64,000 nucleotides of DNA, from IMG/VR virus record IMGVR_UViG_3300035698_005365. One strand, given 5' to 3'. Origin of the DNA: an uncultured virus (IMG/VR IMGVR_UViG_3300035698_005365) (Duplodnaviria > Heunggongvirae > Uroviricota > Caudoviricetes). This document shows positions 9,702 to 17,798 of this stretch, piece after piece. Under the pieces are notes generated by a model, which saw only the letters and a list, made by a program, of their open reading frames with translations, searched no databases and was not told the DNA's origin. A program made the position numbers and the translations under genes. Every line of letters begins with the position of its first letter. The stretch's first letter is position 1.

Positions 9702-9989
9702 ATGAATGACTTAAAAGGAATTATGACAATAGTGCCATCATTAGATAGCAAAAGCGAGAAGGTACACTTAGGCAGTCTAAAGCCTGAGCAGTTCCAAGAG
9801 TATGTAGTAGAAACTTTTGAAGCTTTGAGAGGGAAACCTTTCACAGAAGTAGAACTATTAACATTAAGATTGAGTGCTAAAAAATCTATTGTTGATGTTC
9901 TGTTTGCATTAAAGCAGTTAGCACTTAACGATAATGCAGAACCTACTGAAGAAGAAGTTTCAGAAAATGCAACTGAAGTAGTAGAGTAA
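9702..9989 (+). CDS. Hypothetical early protein with acidic C-terminus
   Basis: AAGGTGAA RBS; followed by hairpin and T-tract. Confidence 0.7.
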   Translation: MNDLKGIMTIVPSLDSKSEKVHLGSLKPEQFQEYVVETFEALRGKPFTEVELLTLRLSAKKSIVDVLFALKQLALNDNAEPTEEEVSENATEVVE

Positions 9990-10030
9990 TTAGTGCCACT
10001 ATCTAGTAGCAACTAACTTTTTTCTTTTTT
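9990..10030 (+). terminator. Hairpin + T-tract terminator
   Basis: TAGTGCCACTATCTAGTAGCAACTA followed by T-tracts. Confidence 0.55.
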
Positions 10031-10056
10031 ATATTAACTAAATCTAAAAGGTAAAA

Positions 10057-10482
10057 ATGGAAAACAATAAAATAGTTTCAACACGACAACAGATTTATTA
10101 TCCAACAGATTCAATTGGACTGGCTCAAATCTTATTTAACCGCCGTCGAATATCCAAAAATGATTTTATGGTAATCAAATTTAAGAAAGTTAAGAGCACA
10201 TCTTATAAGCCACTCATGGCTAAATTAAATCTCTTTAGAAAAGAAATTGCAAAGAACAACAGATTTAAGGAACAGATGCACAATATAAAGCCACAATCAA
10301 AGAGAACCAAGATTAACACTCCTAGGGGTATCTATTCAATACCATTAACCAAGATAGCATCAAAGAATATTATTAATGATGTCTTTATATTTGAGGGAAT
10401 CGATAGACTTATTGACCATCAAGTAGAACAAGAAGGACAACAAGAAATAGAAACCAAGTTATCACTACATAATAACTATTAA
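10057..10482 (+). CDS. Hypothetical basic protein
   Basis: 141-aa ORF with AAGGT RBS. Confidence 0.6.
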   Translation: MENNKIVSTRQQIYYPTDSIGLAQILFNRRRISKNDFMVIKFKKVKSTSYKPLMAKLNLFRKEIAKNNRFKEQMHNIKPQSKRTKINTPRGIYSIPLTKIASKNIINDVFIFEGIDRLIDHQVEQEGQQEIETKLSLHNNY

Positions 10483-10496
10483 ACCACTACATCTAT

Positions 10497-10570
10497 ATAT
10501 AGTTGTCACTTTCTAGTGGCAACTATATCTTTATTTTTTTTTATTTTTTTTTATTTTTTTATTTTTTTTC
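10497..10570 (+). terminator. Hairpin followed by (T7-9A)n tract
   Basis: ATATAGTTGTCACT-TTCT-AGTGGCAACTATAT then four T-runs separated by single A. Confidence 0.65.
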
Positions 10571-10678
10571 TTATTAAAATTAGACGCGGGTGTATATTTT
10601 ACGCGCCCATGTATATATTTTACGCGTGGGCGTAATTCTGGGCGATGTTGCCCACAATAACAATTAAAGGTGAATACT

Positions 10679-11026
10679 ATGACAGAATATGAGAAATATA
10701 CAGGAGCCGATGGGCTAATACACCTACGGATTGTTTATCCAGAGGTTAAACAATTTAAACCTAAAGATGCAAGGGCTACAGGTATGTCCATTAAAAAACT
10801 GAAACGGTTTGACGAATCGGCAAACCGTTTGGCTTCCCATATGACACAGGTGCCTAAGAATACCCACATATCATGGGGGTGTGGGACTGTGTACTCTACA
10901 AGAGCACACAGTAATATTAAGACCGCATTTTCTCCTGCGGTCTCCAAGCATGAAGAAGCTAAGACTATTCCGAACCATGATTGTGGTATTAGGAACCTAG
11001 AGCATGGAACATTCAGTATTAATTAA
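10679..11026 (+). CDS. Hypothetical protein
   Basis: AAGGTGAA RBS favours the ATG at 10679 (MTEYEKY). Confidence 0.6.
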   Translation: MTEYEKYTGADGLIHLRIVYPEVKQFKPKDARATGMSIKKLKRFDESANRLASHMTQVPKNTHISWGCGTVYSTRAHSNIKTAFSPAVSKHEEAKTIPNHDCGIRNLEHGTFSIN

Positions 11027-11038
11027 GAGGTAATCAAT

Positions 11039-11230
11039 ATGGGAACAATGAACAATAGTTATGAGACTGAGTTAGACAATGCAAAAATAGATATGGCAAA
11101 CCTATTATATTACAGTGCCCACATGAACACTGCTGATAAAATGTTTGATACATTTAAGGCGAGTATGGGTGGACAGGTAGTAGCTACATATACGCCCCCA
11201 GAGAGGGTATTATCAACGCCCTCTTATTAA
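11039..11230 (+). CDS. Hypothetical protein
   Basis: 63 aa, GAGGT RBS. Confidence 0.55.
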   Translation: MGTMNNSYETELDNAKIDMANLLYYSAHMNTADKMFDTFKASMGGQVVATYTPPERVLSTPSY

Positions 11231-11245
11231 ACGCATACTCAATTA

Positions 11246-11650
11246 GTTGAAACAATAGATGAATCATCTAGATACAACAATAAGAGACAAAAAAGAAATG
11301 GCTCCCAGCGGGCAGGTCACGTGATGGTGACCACCATTTTTTACATTCAAGTGGTTGAAACAATATCTTAGGATTGGAAACAACACGATGAAGAAGTGCA
11401 CCGCCGTGGTGAGGGACTTACCCCCACGGCTTATATTTATTGATAACCCCGTACATGACCCCCAATGGTGTAGCCTTCCTTCTTAAGGTCGGTTACACCT
11501 TATGCTCAGATGTTACATTGCTACTAGGAATACCATTCGTGGTGGACTATTGGTAGCTGGGTGATAGCATAATGGTCTCTTCGGAGTAGTTATGCTATTA
11601 TATTCATTGATTTCTATCCTTAACTGGAAACACCCTCTTTAATTAGAGGG
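11246..11650 (+). ncRNA. Putative structured non-coding RNA region (array of about 8 hairpins)
   Basis: No ORF of 60 aa or more; consecutive GC-rich stems, a C-UUCG-G tetraloop at about 11580, G-U pairs on the + strand. Confidence 0.55.
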
Positions 11651-11827
11651 TTTATATTGCTAAAATTACCCCTTTATAAAGATTTATATTCTCCAGTATA
11701 TAGGTTAGAGTATATAGGTTTAAGACCACAACCTTTATAAAGAATCACTTGAAGTTATATATAAAGGCTTCGGTTTTCTACTCAGGGGTTTCAGAACTAA
11801 CAACCTCTGAGACCATTTCCATTCAAA

Positions 11828-12031
11828 ATGAAACAACCATTACTAAAATTTACAGGAAGACATCCAGAGAGTCTTAGAGTTGTAGATATGGAGTTCTATA
11901 GCCTAAAACAAGCTAAGTTCTATAATCCACACTTAATTGAAGTCAAGCAGGTACTCAGAGTGTACTCCTTTATAAAGGTTCTACCTACCTTTATAAACAA
12001 AATAGCGGATACATTCGAGAAGGCTGTTTAA
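11828..12031 (+). CDS. Hypothetical protein (uncertain)
   Basis: 67 aa, no clear RBS; 3' part overlaps two TTTATAAA boxes. Confidence 0.35.
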   Translation: MKQPLLKFTGRHPESLRVVDMEFYSLKQAKFYNPHLIEVKQVLRVYSFIKVLPTFINKIADTFEKAV

Positions 12032-12554
12032 AGGCGATCTGAGCCACTTTAAAAAGTTCAAGGTATGTTTGCATTAAGACACTACTAATCTTGCCTTGTA
12101 GGTACCTCTATGGAGCTTAGAGCCCTATCTGTGCATTGAGATAGAACCCCAAAATCACGTACTATTAATTAAAGGGGCATTAAAGGGCGTTATAGAAGGG
12201 CGTATTAGAGGGTACCCTCAATCAAAGAACCCCTTTAAACAAAGGGTACCCTCACTCTAAGGGTACTCTCAATCTACTAGTATGGGACTTACACTAGGTC
12301 TACTACTAGGTAAACCTACTGGTAGATTACTAGTATATTAGAATGAGAGTATTACTAAGAGTATTTTTCTTAATTAAAGGGTAGTAATGTGTGTGCCGTA
12401 TACGCCACCGTATACTCTTTAACTACTAGTATACGGTGTTGCAAACCACAATCTTTATAAAGGGTGGATTTGCAACAAATTACAACAAATACTATCAATT
12501 CTTTTATAAAGGATTGGTAGATTCTGGGCGATTCACTGGGGTGAGGTTACAATC

Positions 12555-12878
12555 ATGAAGATAAAGCAAAAGCATCATCAAGCACTAAGGGCATTTATTA
12601 ATGTAGAATTAGAAGATTATTCTGAATTAAGAGAGGATAAATATCTAAAACAAACTCTTTTAAAGGATGTTGTCGCTCATATAGAAGATAATATTATTAA
12701 GAAAGATATTGAAATTTTAGTTATAGAGACACTTACAAATATTGGACTGGTGCTCAATTCATTAAGGTTATATATTAATGATAGGTTGCCTAGTAAGACT
12801 ATGACTATCTTTATAATGCCAACATTAGCTAGGCGTGGTGTTAAAGATAGCATTAGGATAGAAGTGGTGGGTAATTAA
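12555..12878 (+). CDS. Hypothetical protein
   Basis: GGGGTGAGG RBS; TATA at about 12501. Confidence 0.65.
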   Translation: MKIKQKHHQALRAFINVELEDYSELREDKYLKQTLLKDVVAHIEDNIIKKDIEILVIETLTNIGLVLNSLRLYINDRLPSKTMTIFIMPTLARRGVKDSIRIEVVGN

Positions 12879-12879
12879 G

Positions 12880-13292
12880 ATGACAAACGATGTAATAATA
12901 AATCAAAACGAGTATGGTCGATTTAACTTATTGAACCCAAGTCAATATAAAACAACTTTAGGGTTTACCATTAAGGGTATCAAGTTTCGTTTTGACTTTG
13001 AGGACGATGTGCGATATTATGGTAATGATATTAATGAAGCTTTAAATGGTGCCGACCTTGCTGATGCAATTAAGGATGCTTATTATGTAATGATGATGAT
13101 GTTTTATTAGCCTTCTGTACTGATGGGCTTAATAAATATTTTAAGGCGAAGAAAGATAACTTTCTTGACCATCATCACCATGAAATCAACAGTATTAATG
13201 AACGATTTGCTAAACCAGTAGAGCAAGATAAAGAAACACTTGTGGCATCTTTAGACGCTATTCAAAAGAAGGGTGTTGAGTTGGGGCTTTAA
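12880..13292 (+). pseudogene. Hypothetical gene split by a -1 frameshift near 13085 (pseudogene, programmed shift or assembly error)
   Basis: Track ORF ends YYVMMMMFY* at 13110; the -1 frame reads CNDDDVLLAFCTDGLNKYFK...GVELGL* to 13292 with no own ATG. Confidence 0.5.
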
Positions 13293-13343
13293 GGGCGTCG
13301 CAGTCCGACCGAGGTTAAGATGAAAACCAAAAGGTAATTTAAG

Positions 13344-13517
13344 ATGGAAAAGAAGCGGGTTTATATCATTGTTAAGCAGTATGTTCCTCAATGGTTTGTT
13401 TCTATTTATAATATATTAAGCAATAAGATGCGTCTTAGTAATAGGACATTGTTTACAAAAAGAGAATTAGAGAATTATAATAAACTATATCTTAGGATTA
13501 AGGGGAAATTAAGATGA
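13344..13517 (+). CDS. Small basic hypothetical protein (57 aa)
   Basis: MEKKRVYII...IKGKLR; AAGGT RBS; stop overlaps next ATG. Confidence 0.5.
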   Translation: MEKKRVYIIVKQYVPQWFVSIYNILSNKMRLSNRTLFTKRELENYNKLYLRIKGKLR

Positions 13518-13654
13518 ATAAGCGATGGTCAATGTTTGATAAGGAAGAAAGAGCCAAGTGTATTGTAAGTAATAAATGTCCTTACGAATGTCCTACTTGC
13601 CCAGTTAGGCCAGCAGTAGTTAAGAGATACTTTAGGGTATGTACAGGTTATTAA
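13514..13654 (+). CDS. Small Cys-rich protein (46 aa)
   Basis: MNKRWS...KCIVSNKCPYECPTCPVR...VCTGY; ATGA overlap. Confidence 0.5.
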   Translation: MNKRWSMFDKEERAKCIVSNKCPYECPTCPVRPAVVKRYFRVCTGY

Positions 13655-13655
13655 G

Positions 13656-13793
13656 ATGGAAAACTATGCAGAATATAGGGCGAAATATATACACTGGTAT
13701 CCAGAGTCCTCAGAAGAAGAGAACAATCACCAGTATCAGCTATATCGAAAGAGAGAATTATTAAGGCAAGAGCAAGATGAAAGAAATAATTAA
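13656..13793 (+). CDS. Small hypothetical protein (45 aa)
   Basis: MENYAEYRAKY...; TAAGATG coupling. Confidence 0.5.
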   Translation: MENYAEYRAKYIHWYPESSEEENNHQYQLYRKRELLRQEQDERNN

Positions 13794-13911
13794 AGTAACT
13801 TATACTCAAGATGATAAGAATATAGTTGCAACAGAACTTTATTCTGATGGTTCTTTTAAGAAAACAAACTTAAAGAACAGACGGCTTTCACATTATATAT
13901 TACATGGATGA
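13777..13911 (+). CDS. Small hypothetical protein (44 aa)
   Basis: MKEIIKVTYTQDDK...; overlaps previous stop. Confidence 0.45.
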   Translation: MKEIIKVTYTQDDKNIVATELYSDGSFKKTNLKNRRLSHYILHG

Positions 13912-14072
13912 TCATAATGTTTTGGAATCTATTCAAGAAAAAGAAGCCTATTATTATTGAGCGGGAAGTGCCACACTGTGCAGAATGCGGTGGACGATTA
14001 GGGTTGGGCATTCCTGTTACTAGTAACGATAAAGGTATTGTACATTTAGGATGCGATCATACTAGAAGGTAA
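13908..14072 (+). CDS. Small zinc-finger-like protein (54 aa)
   Basis: HCAECGG...VHLGC (CxxC...HxxC); ATGA overlap. Confidence 0.5.
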   Translation: MIIMFWNLFKKKKPIIIEREVPHCAECGGRLGLGIPVTSNDKGIVHLGCDHTRR

Positions 14073-14077
14073 TCATA

Positions 14078-14167
14078 ATGAACTTAATAACAATATTAGT
14101 ACTATTATTAGTAATCGACAAAGTAATAAATAAAGCCATCCGTTTTCATAAGTGGCTAAGTAAATAA
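14078..14167 (+). CDS. Small hydrophobic peptide (29 aa)
   Basis: MNLITILVLLLVIDKVINKAIRFHKWLSK; AAGGT RBS. Confidence 0.4.
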   Translation: MNLITILVLLLVIDKVINKAIRFHKWLSK

Positions 14168-14172
14168 TCAAG

Positions 14173-14502
14173 ATGAAAATAACTAAAGAACTAAAAGAAT
14201 TTATTAGAGCAGAATTAAGGAAAAAAGATGATGCTTCTTATAATAAGAAGAACAAAGAGTTTGCTAAGTCATCTGATCATAAGGCACTAGTTAAAGCTAA
14301 AGCCCAATATGACAAAGCCTTTGATGCTGTAGAAAAAAAGTACAGTAGCCGAGTAACTTGTCAAGTTGACAAAACATTTAAGTTTATTCGAGGCTATTCA
14401 ATTTATGGTTCAAGTCCAGATTTAAATGAAATTTGCGTACGACTTCAATATGAAGCAAAGAATATTAAGGATGTAAAGAATATACTTAAAGAGTATGATT
14501 AG
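14173..14502 (+). CDS. Hypothetical Lys-rich protein
   Basis: 109-aa ORF in a tightly packed operon. Confidence 0.65.
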   Translation: MKITKELKEFIRAELRKKDDASYNKKNKEFAKSSDHKALVKAKAQYDKAFDAVEKKYSSRVTCQVDKTFKFIRGYSIYGSSPDLNEICVRLQYEAKNIKDVKNILKEYD

Positions 14503-14513
14503 GTGAATAGTTT

Positions 14514-15182
14514 ATGACAGAAAAAATAAAAGAAGATACTATTAAGTTACCATCATTCAACGTTAAGGGTAAATGTAACTTAATAGTTAGAGCGGGTAGA
14601 GGAACATTAACGTCGGGCATCGGGTGCCATGATATGTTTGTAAATAAGTTTTTAAACTATCGACACAATATGGAACCATATAAGTTTTCATTCACAAATG
14701 CTAGAACAGAGACACCATTCAAAGTTAGAGAGATAGTAAAGCATCTACAAAAAATATGTGATTATTATAGAGTATCTGTAAACATTACATATAATAATGA
14801 TAATATTATTAACTGTATAGTACCAGCCAAACATCCTATATACCTTTCATTCTTATTAAAGGCCGTTAGGGAGGCATGGGCATTTAATTTAGCCAATACT
14901 GGTAATAAGTATTATAAAAATACAATTGACGCCAACTATCCAGCTGTATTTAATGAGCGATGCATATTAGCAAATATTAGAGATGTTCCATATGATTATA
15001 GGTATCAGATGTTTTATTTAACTGGTAGATTTTCAATAGAAGCAATGAGATTATTAGAGATGTCAATGTTATTTCCAGAATTTAAAAACATAAGACAAAA
15101 TGGAATATATGCATATTGTTATGAGGCATATAATCTTATACAAGGGGTACAGAATAATCGAAAGAAGGTAACTAAAAAATGA
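14514..15182 (+). CDS. Hypothetical protein (amidoligase-cluster associated)
   Basis: 222 aa, AGGTGA RBS, overlaps the start of the PuuD-like gene. Confidence 0.65.
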   Translation: MTEKIKEDTIKLPSFNVKGKCNLIVRAGRGTLTSGIGCHDMFVNKFLNYRHNMEPYKFSFTNARTETPFKVREIVKHLQKICDYYRVSVNITYNNDNIINCIVPAKHPIYLSFLLKAVREAWAFNLANTGNKYYKNTIDANYPAVFNERCILANIRDVPYDYRYQMFYLTGRFSIEAMRLLEMSMLFPEFKNIRQNGIYAYCYEAYNLIQGVQNNRKKVTKK

Positions 15183-15859
15183 CTAAAATTAAATTAGTTG
15201 GGGTACTCCAGAGTGGGTATCTAGAAAACAACGAAACATATGTAGAGTGGATACAAGCTAGGGGCTTTGCAACGATGCTTATTCCTTATTCTGTCCATGA
15301 TGATGATGAAACTGTTAAGAGATTAATTAAGGCCTGTGACGCCATTGTGTGTCCAGGGGGTGCCGATGTGCACCCATCACATTATAATGCAACTATTGAT
15401 GGAGCAAGGGCATGCTACTATTATTTTGACATATGGCAATTAATGTTTGTTGCAGAGGCAGTTAAGCAAAAGAAAAAGATCTTTGGAATTTGTCGTGGAC
15501 ATCAACTAATTAATGTGTACTTTAATGGTTCAATAATTCAAAACTTAGATTCAAATAAATCTATGGGTGCCCACTATCAAACCAATGGCCTCTTTGGATT
15601 TGGACGTGGTGAACCATTTCATAGGATTACATCTATCCTAAACAAAAAAGATAATAGAGATGTTAATTCAATGCACCATCAAGGAATAACAACCTTAGAG
15701 TTAGGTAATGGATTAATGCCACTCTATGAAAGTAAAGATACCATCATTGAAATTATGAAGCATGAAATATTGCCAATTCTTTCTGTACAATTTCATCCAG
15801 AAGAAATGGATATTGATACATGGAACGATTACTTTGAGGCATTTGTTAATAGCGAATAA
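15179..15859 (+). CDS. Gamma-glutamyl-gamma-aminobutyrate hydrolase-like class I glutamine amidotransferase (peptidase C26, PuuD-like)
   Basis: PGGADVHP, FGICRGHQLIN (nucleophile Cys), VNSMHHQG, VQFHPE. Confidence 0.9.
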   Translation: MTKIKLVGVLQSGYLENNETYVEWIQARGFATMLIPYSVHDDDETVKRLIKACDAIVCPGGADVHPSHYNATIDGARACYYYFDIWQLMFVAEAVKQKKKIFGICRGHQLINVYFNGSIIQNLDSNKSMGAHYQTNGLFGFGRGEPFHRITSILNKKDNRDVNSMHHQGITTLELGNGLMPLYESKDTIIEIMKHEILPILSVQFHPEEMDIDTWNDYFEAFVNSE

Positions 15860-15888
15860 TTATAACTTCTTTCTTGTGTATTAACTTT

Positions 15889-15963
15889 TCCCCTATCGAA
15901 AATGTATTATGGCCGCCAGTCATGATATCTAGGATGTGTGATGGTTCGAGACCATCTAGGGGA
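15889..15963 (+). tRNA. tRNA-like element or degenerate tRNA; identity not assignable
   Basis: 75 nt; acceptor stem TCCCCTA/TAGGGGA and T-arm GATGG-TTCGAGA-CCATC are perfect; D and anticodon stems do not pair canonically. Confidence 0.45.
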
Positions 15964-15966
15964 GTC

Positions 15967-16279
15967 TGTGTTAAGCTAAGGCTTAACACATTATATAATG
16001 TAAACAAGTAGGTAATCATACTATTGAAACACTTACATTATATTTTCTACTCATTAAATCCGCTAAACAGCACATGTAGAGCAAGAATTGTAGCAATACA
16101 GGAGATTCTGCTACATGTAAAAACAACCAGTGGTCTCAGAGAACAAGGGTGTATTCCCGTCTATCTGGTTGTGCTGGGCGAGAGATATTGTGAAGGTTAA
16201 GACCTTCACAATCATTATTATGGGCGGTTGGTCTAGTGTTCACCGCCCTCTATTTATACGCTCACCTATGGGCTGAGCG
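15967..16279 (+). ncRNA. Putative structured RNA region (7 consecutive hairpins)
   Basis: For example TGTGTTAAGC-taag-GCTTAACACA, ATTGTGAAGGT-taag-ACCTTCACAAT, GGGCGGT/ACCGCCC. Confidence 0.55.
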
Positions 16280-16393
16280 GCTTTATATTTAAGGTGAATT
16301 AAATGCCAGTATGGGCTCCAAGGGCACTCAACTATAAGACTATGAAGTGTGGTAAATGGGTTGCAACAGTTGTAGAGTTAGAGGTGCATTTAA

Positions 16394-16630
16394 ATGAGCG
16401 TCGACGAAAGGGTTATACAAATAGAGTCATCAATCCAGAGGGCACTTGATTTAGGGGACATTGTCGGACAGTGTTGCGACTGTAGGATTATGTTCAAACC
16501 AGGTGGCACTGAAGATTGGATAGAGACCACCATAGTTCCACCTGATTATAAAAATATATCACATGGGTATTGTCCACCATGCCATAAAGCCGTCATTGCT
16601 CAAGTTAGAGAGTATAATAACAAACAGTAA
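16394..16630 (+). CDS. Small Zn-binding protein (CxxC...W...SHGxCPxC)
   Basis: QCCDC...EDW...ISHGYCPPC; GAGGTG RBS. Confidence 0.65.
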   Translation: MSVDERVIQIESSIQRALDLGDIVGQCCDCRIMFKPGGTEDWIETTIVPPDYKNISHGYCPPCHKAVIAQVREYNNKQ

Positions 16631-16763
16631 TTACACTTATATCTTCTGTTGTAGAACAAAAAATAAGGTATAAAGGTTCGTAACTGAACTTAGGGTGCAG
16701 ATAAAATATTACGTAGCCTCTGAGCTTGTATGATGTTTTATTTGTGCCCACCTTCTATTCACA

Positions 16764-17111
16764 ATGAAAATTCTTCATATAGACAATTGTCCCAAGAATG
16801 CAGCCCTCATTAAGGCGACCTTTGATAAGGATACTGTCCATCATGTTCAAACTGGGAGTCAAGCTCTTGAGAAGCTCGACTTATATAAATATAATATCAT
16901 TATTATGGAGACCTGCCTTGATACGGTTAATGGTTACCAATTGATGAAACATATTAGAAGGTTTGATAAAGAGATTCCAATTTTAGTATTATCATTTAGG
17001 ACGATGGTGCTTGATAAGTTTATGGCAATCCGTCATGGAGCAACTGACTATATGACAAAGCCAACAGATAAACAACAACTATTATTTAGGATGAAGTACT
17101 ATAGGAAGTGA
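16764..17111 (+). CDS. Stand-alone response-regulator receiver (CheY-like) domain, atypical
   Basis: MKILHIDN, GSQALE, IIIME, NGYQL, IPILVLS, GATDYMTKP. Confidence 0.85.
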   Translation: MKILHIDNCPKNAALIKATFDKDTVHHVQTGSQALEKLDLYKYNIIIMETCLDTVNGYQLMKHIRRFDKEIPILVLSFRTMVLDKFMAIRHGATDYMTKPTDKQQLLFRMKYYRK

Positions 17112-17115
17112 TACT

Positions 17116-17781
17116 ATGACAAAAGAAATTACGAGCATTTACAATAAGAAAAGTTGGAATGGCAACGTATTAAAGAACAAATACCAAACTACATATATGC
17201 TTATGCAGGAACATTCAACAGTCTGCACAAATGAGTCATGTCAAGAAGAAATGTTAAGGCGAATGTATGATTATGGTAATTTAAATCAACAAAGTTCACG
17301 TATTATGGTAGATGTTTCTACGTTTAAATTATCAACAAAACAATTTAATAATATTATTTCATTTTATAAAAGAGTTAAGTTATACTATTCTTTCCCACGT
17401 TCATTAAATATTTGTTATTCTAAAAATTTAAACATAATATTAATTACTTTACCTGATTCATATCCTGCAACATTAGGCTTTACTATGCGTCTTATAAGAC
17501 AATCATTATTTATGGTGACCACTTTTCCTAAAGCTAACTTTGCCATAATGTCTGATAAATTATTTATTAAATATATCAAACCATCTAAAATAAATAGTAG
17601 TCTAGAGCGTTTCTTATTAACAATGAACTTAACTAAAGATGATATTAAGGCGGTTAAGAAGGCTAGAAATATAAATAATAAATTTGATGATGATGCTTCT
17701 GGTGTATTCTCGGCAGTAAGTTCTGCTGATGAAACAATAGAAAATAATAAAACAGGTACCTATTCAGGATTTGGATATTAA
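17116..17781 (+). CDS. Hypothetical protein
   Basis: 221-aa ORF in operon. Confidence 0.65.
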   Translation: MTKEITSIYNKKSWNGNVLKNKYQTTYMLMQEHSTVCTNESCQEEMLRRMYDYGNLNQQSSRIMVDVSTFKLSTKQFNNIISFYKRVKLYYSFPRSLNICYSKNLNIILITLPDSYPATLGFTMRLIRQSLFMVTTFPKANFAIMSDKLFIKYIKPSKINSSLERFLLTMNLTKDDIKAVKKARNINNKFDDDASGVFSAVSSADETIENNKTGTYSGFGY

Positions 17782-17798
17782 AAGGGTGGTAACTCATA

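Noticed and set aside
11246..11384. Canonical CRISPR array
   Set aside because: Only two divergent units 75 nt apart and no cas operon; kept only as a possible repeat mimic
13113..13195. Hammerhead-like CTGATG...CGAA segment
   Set aside because: Core is not CUGANGA/GAAA, stems are incomplete, and the segment lies in a probable coding frame
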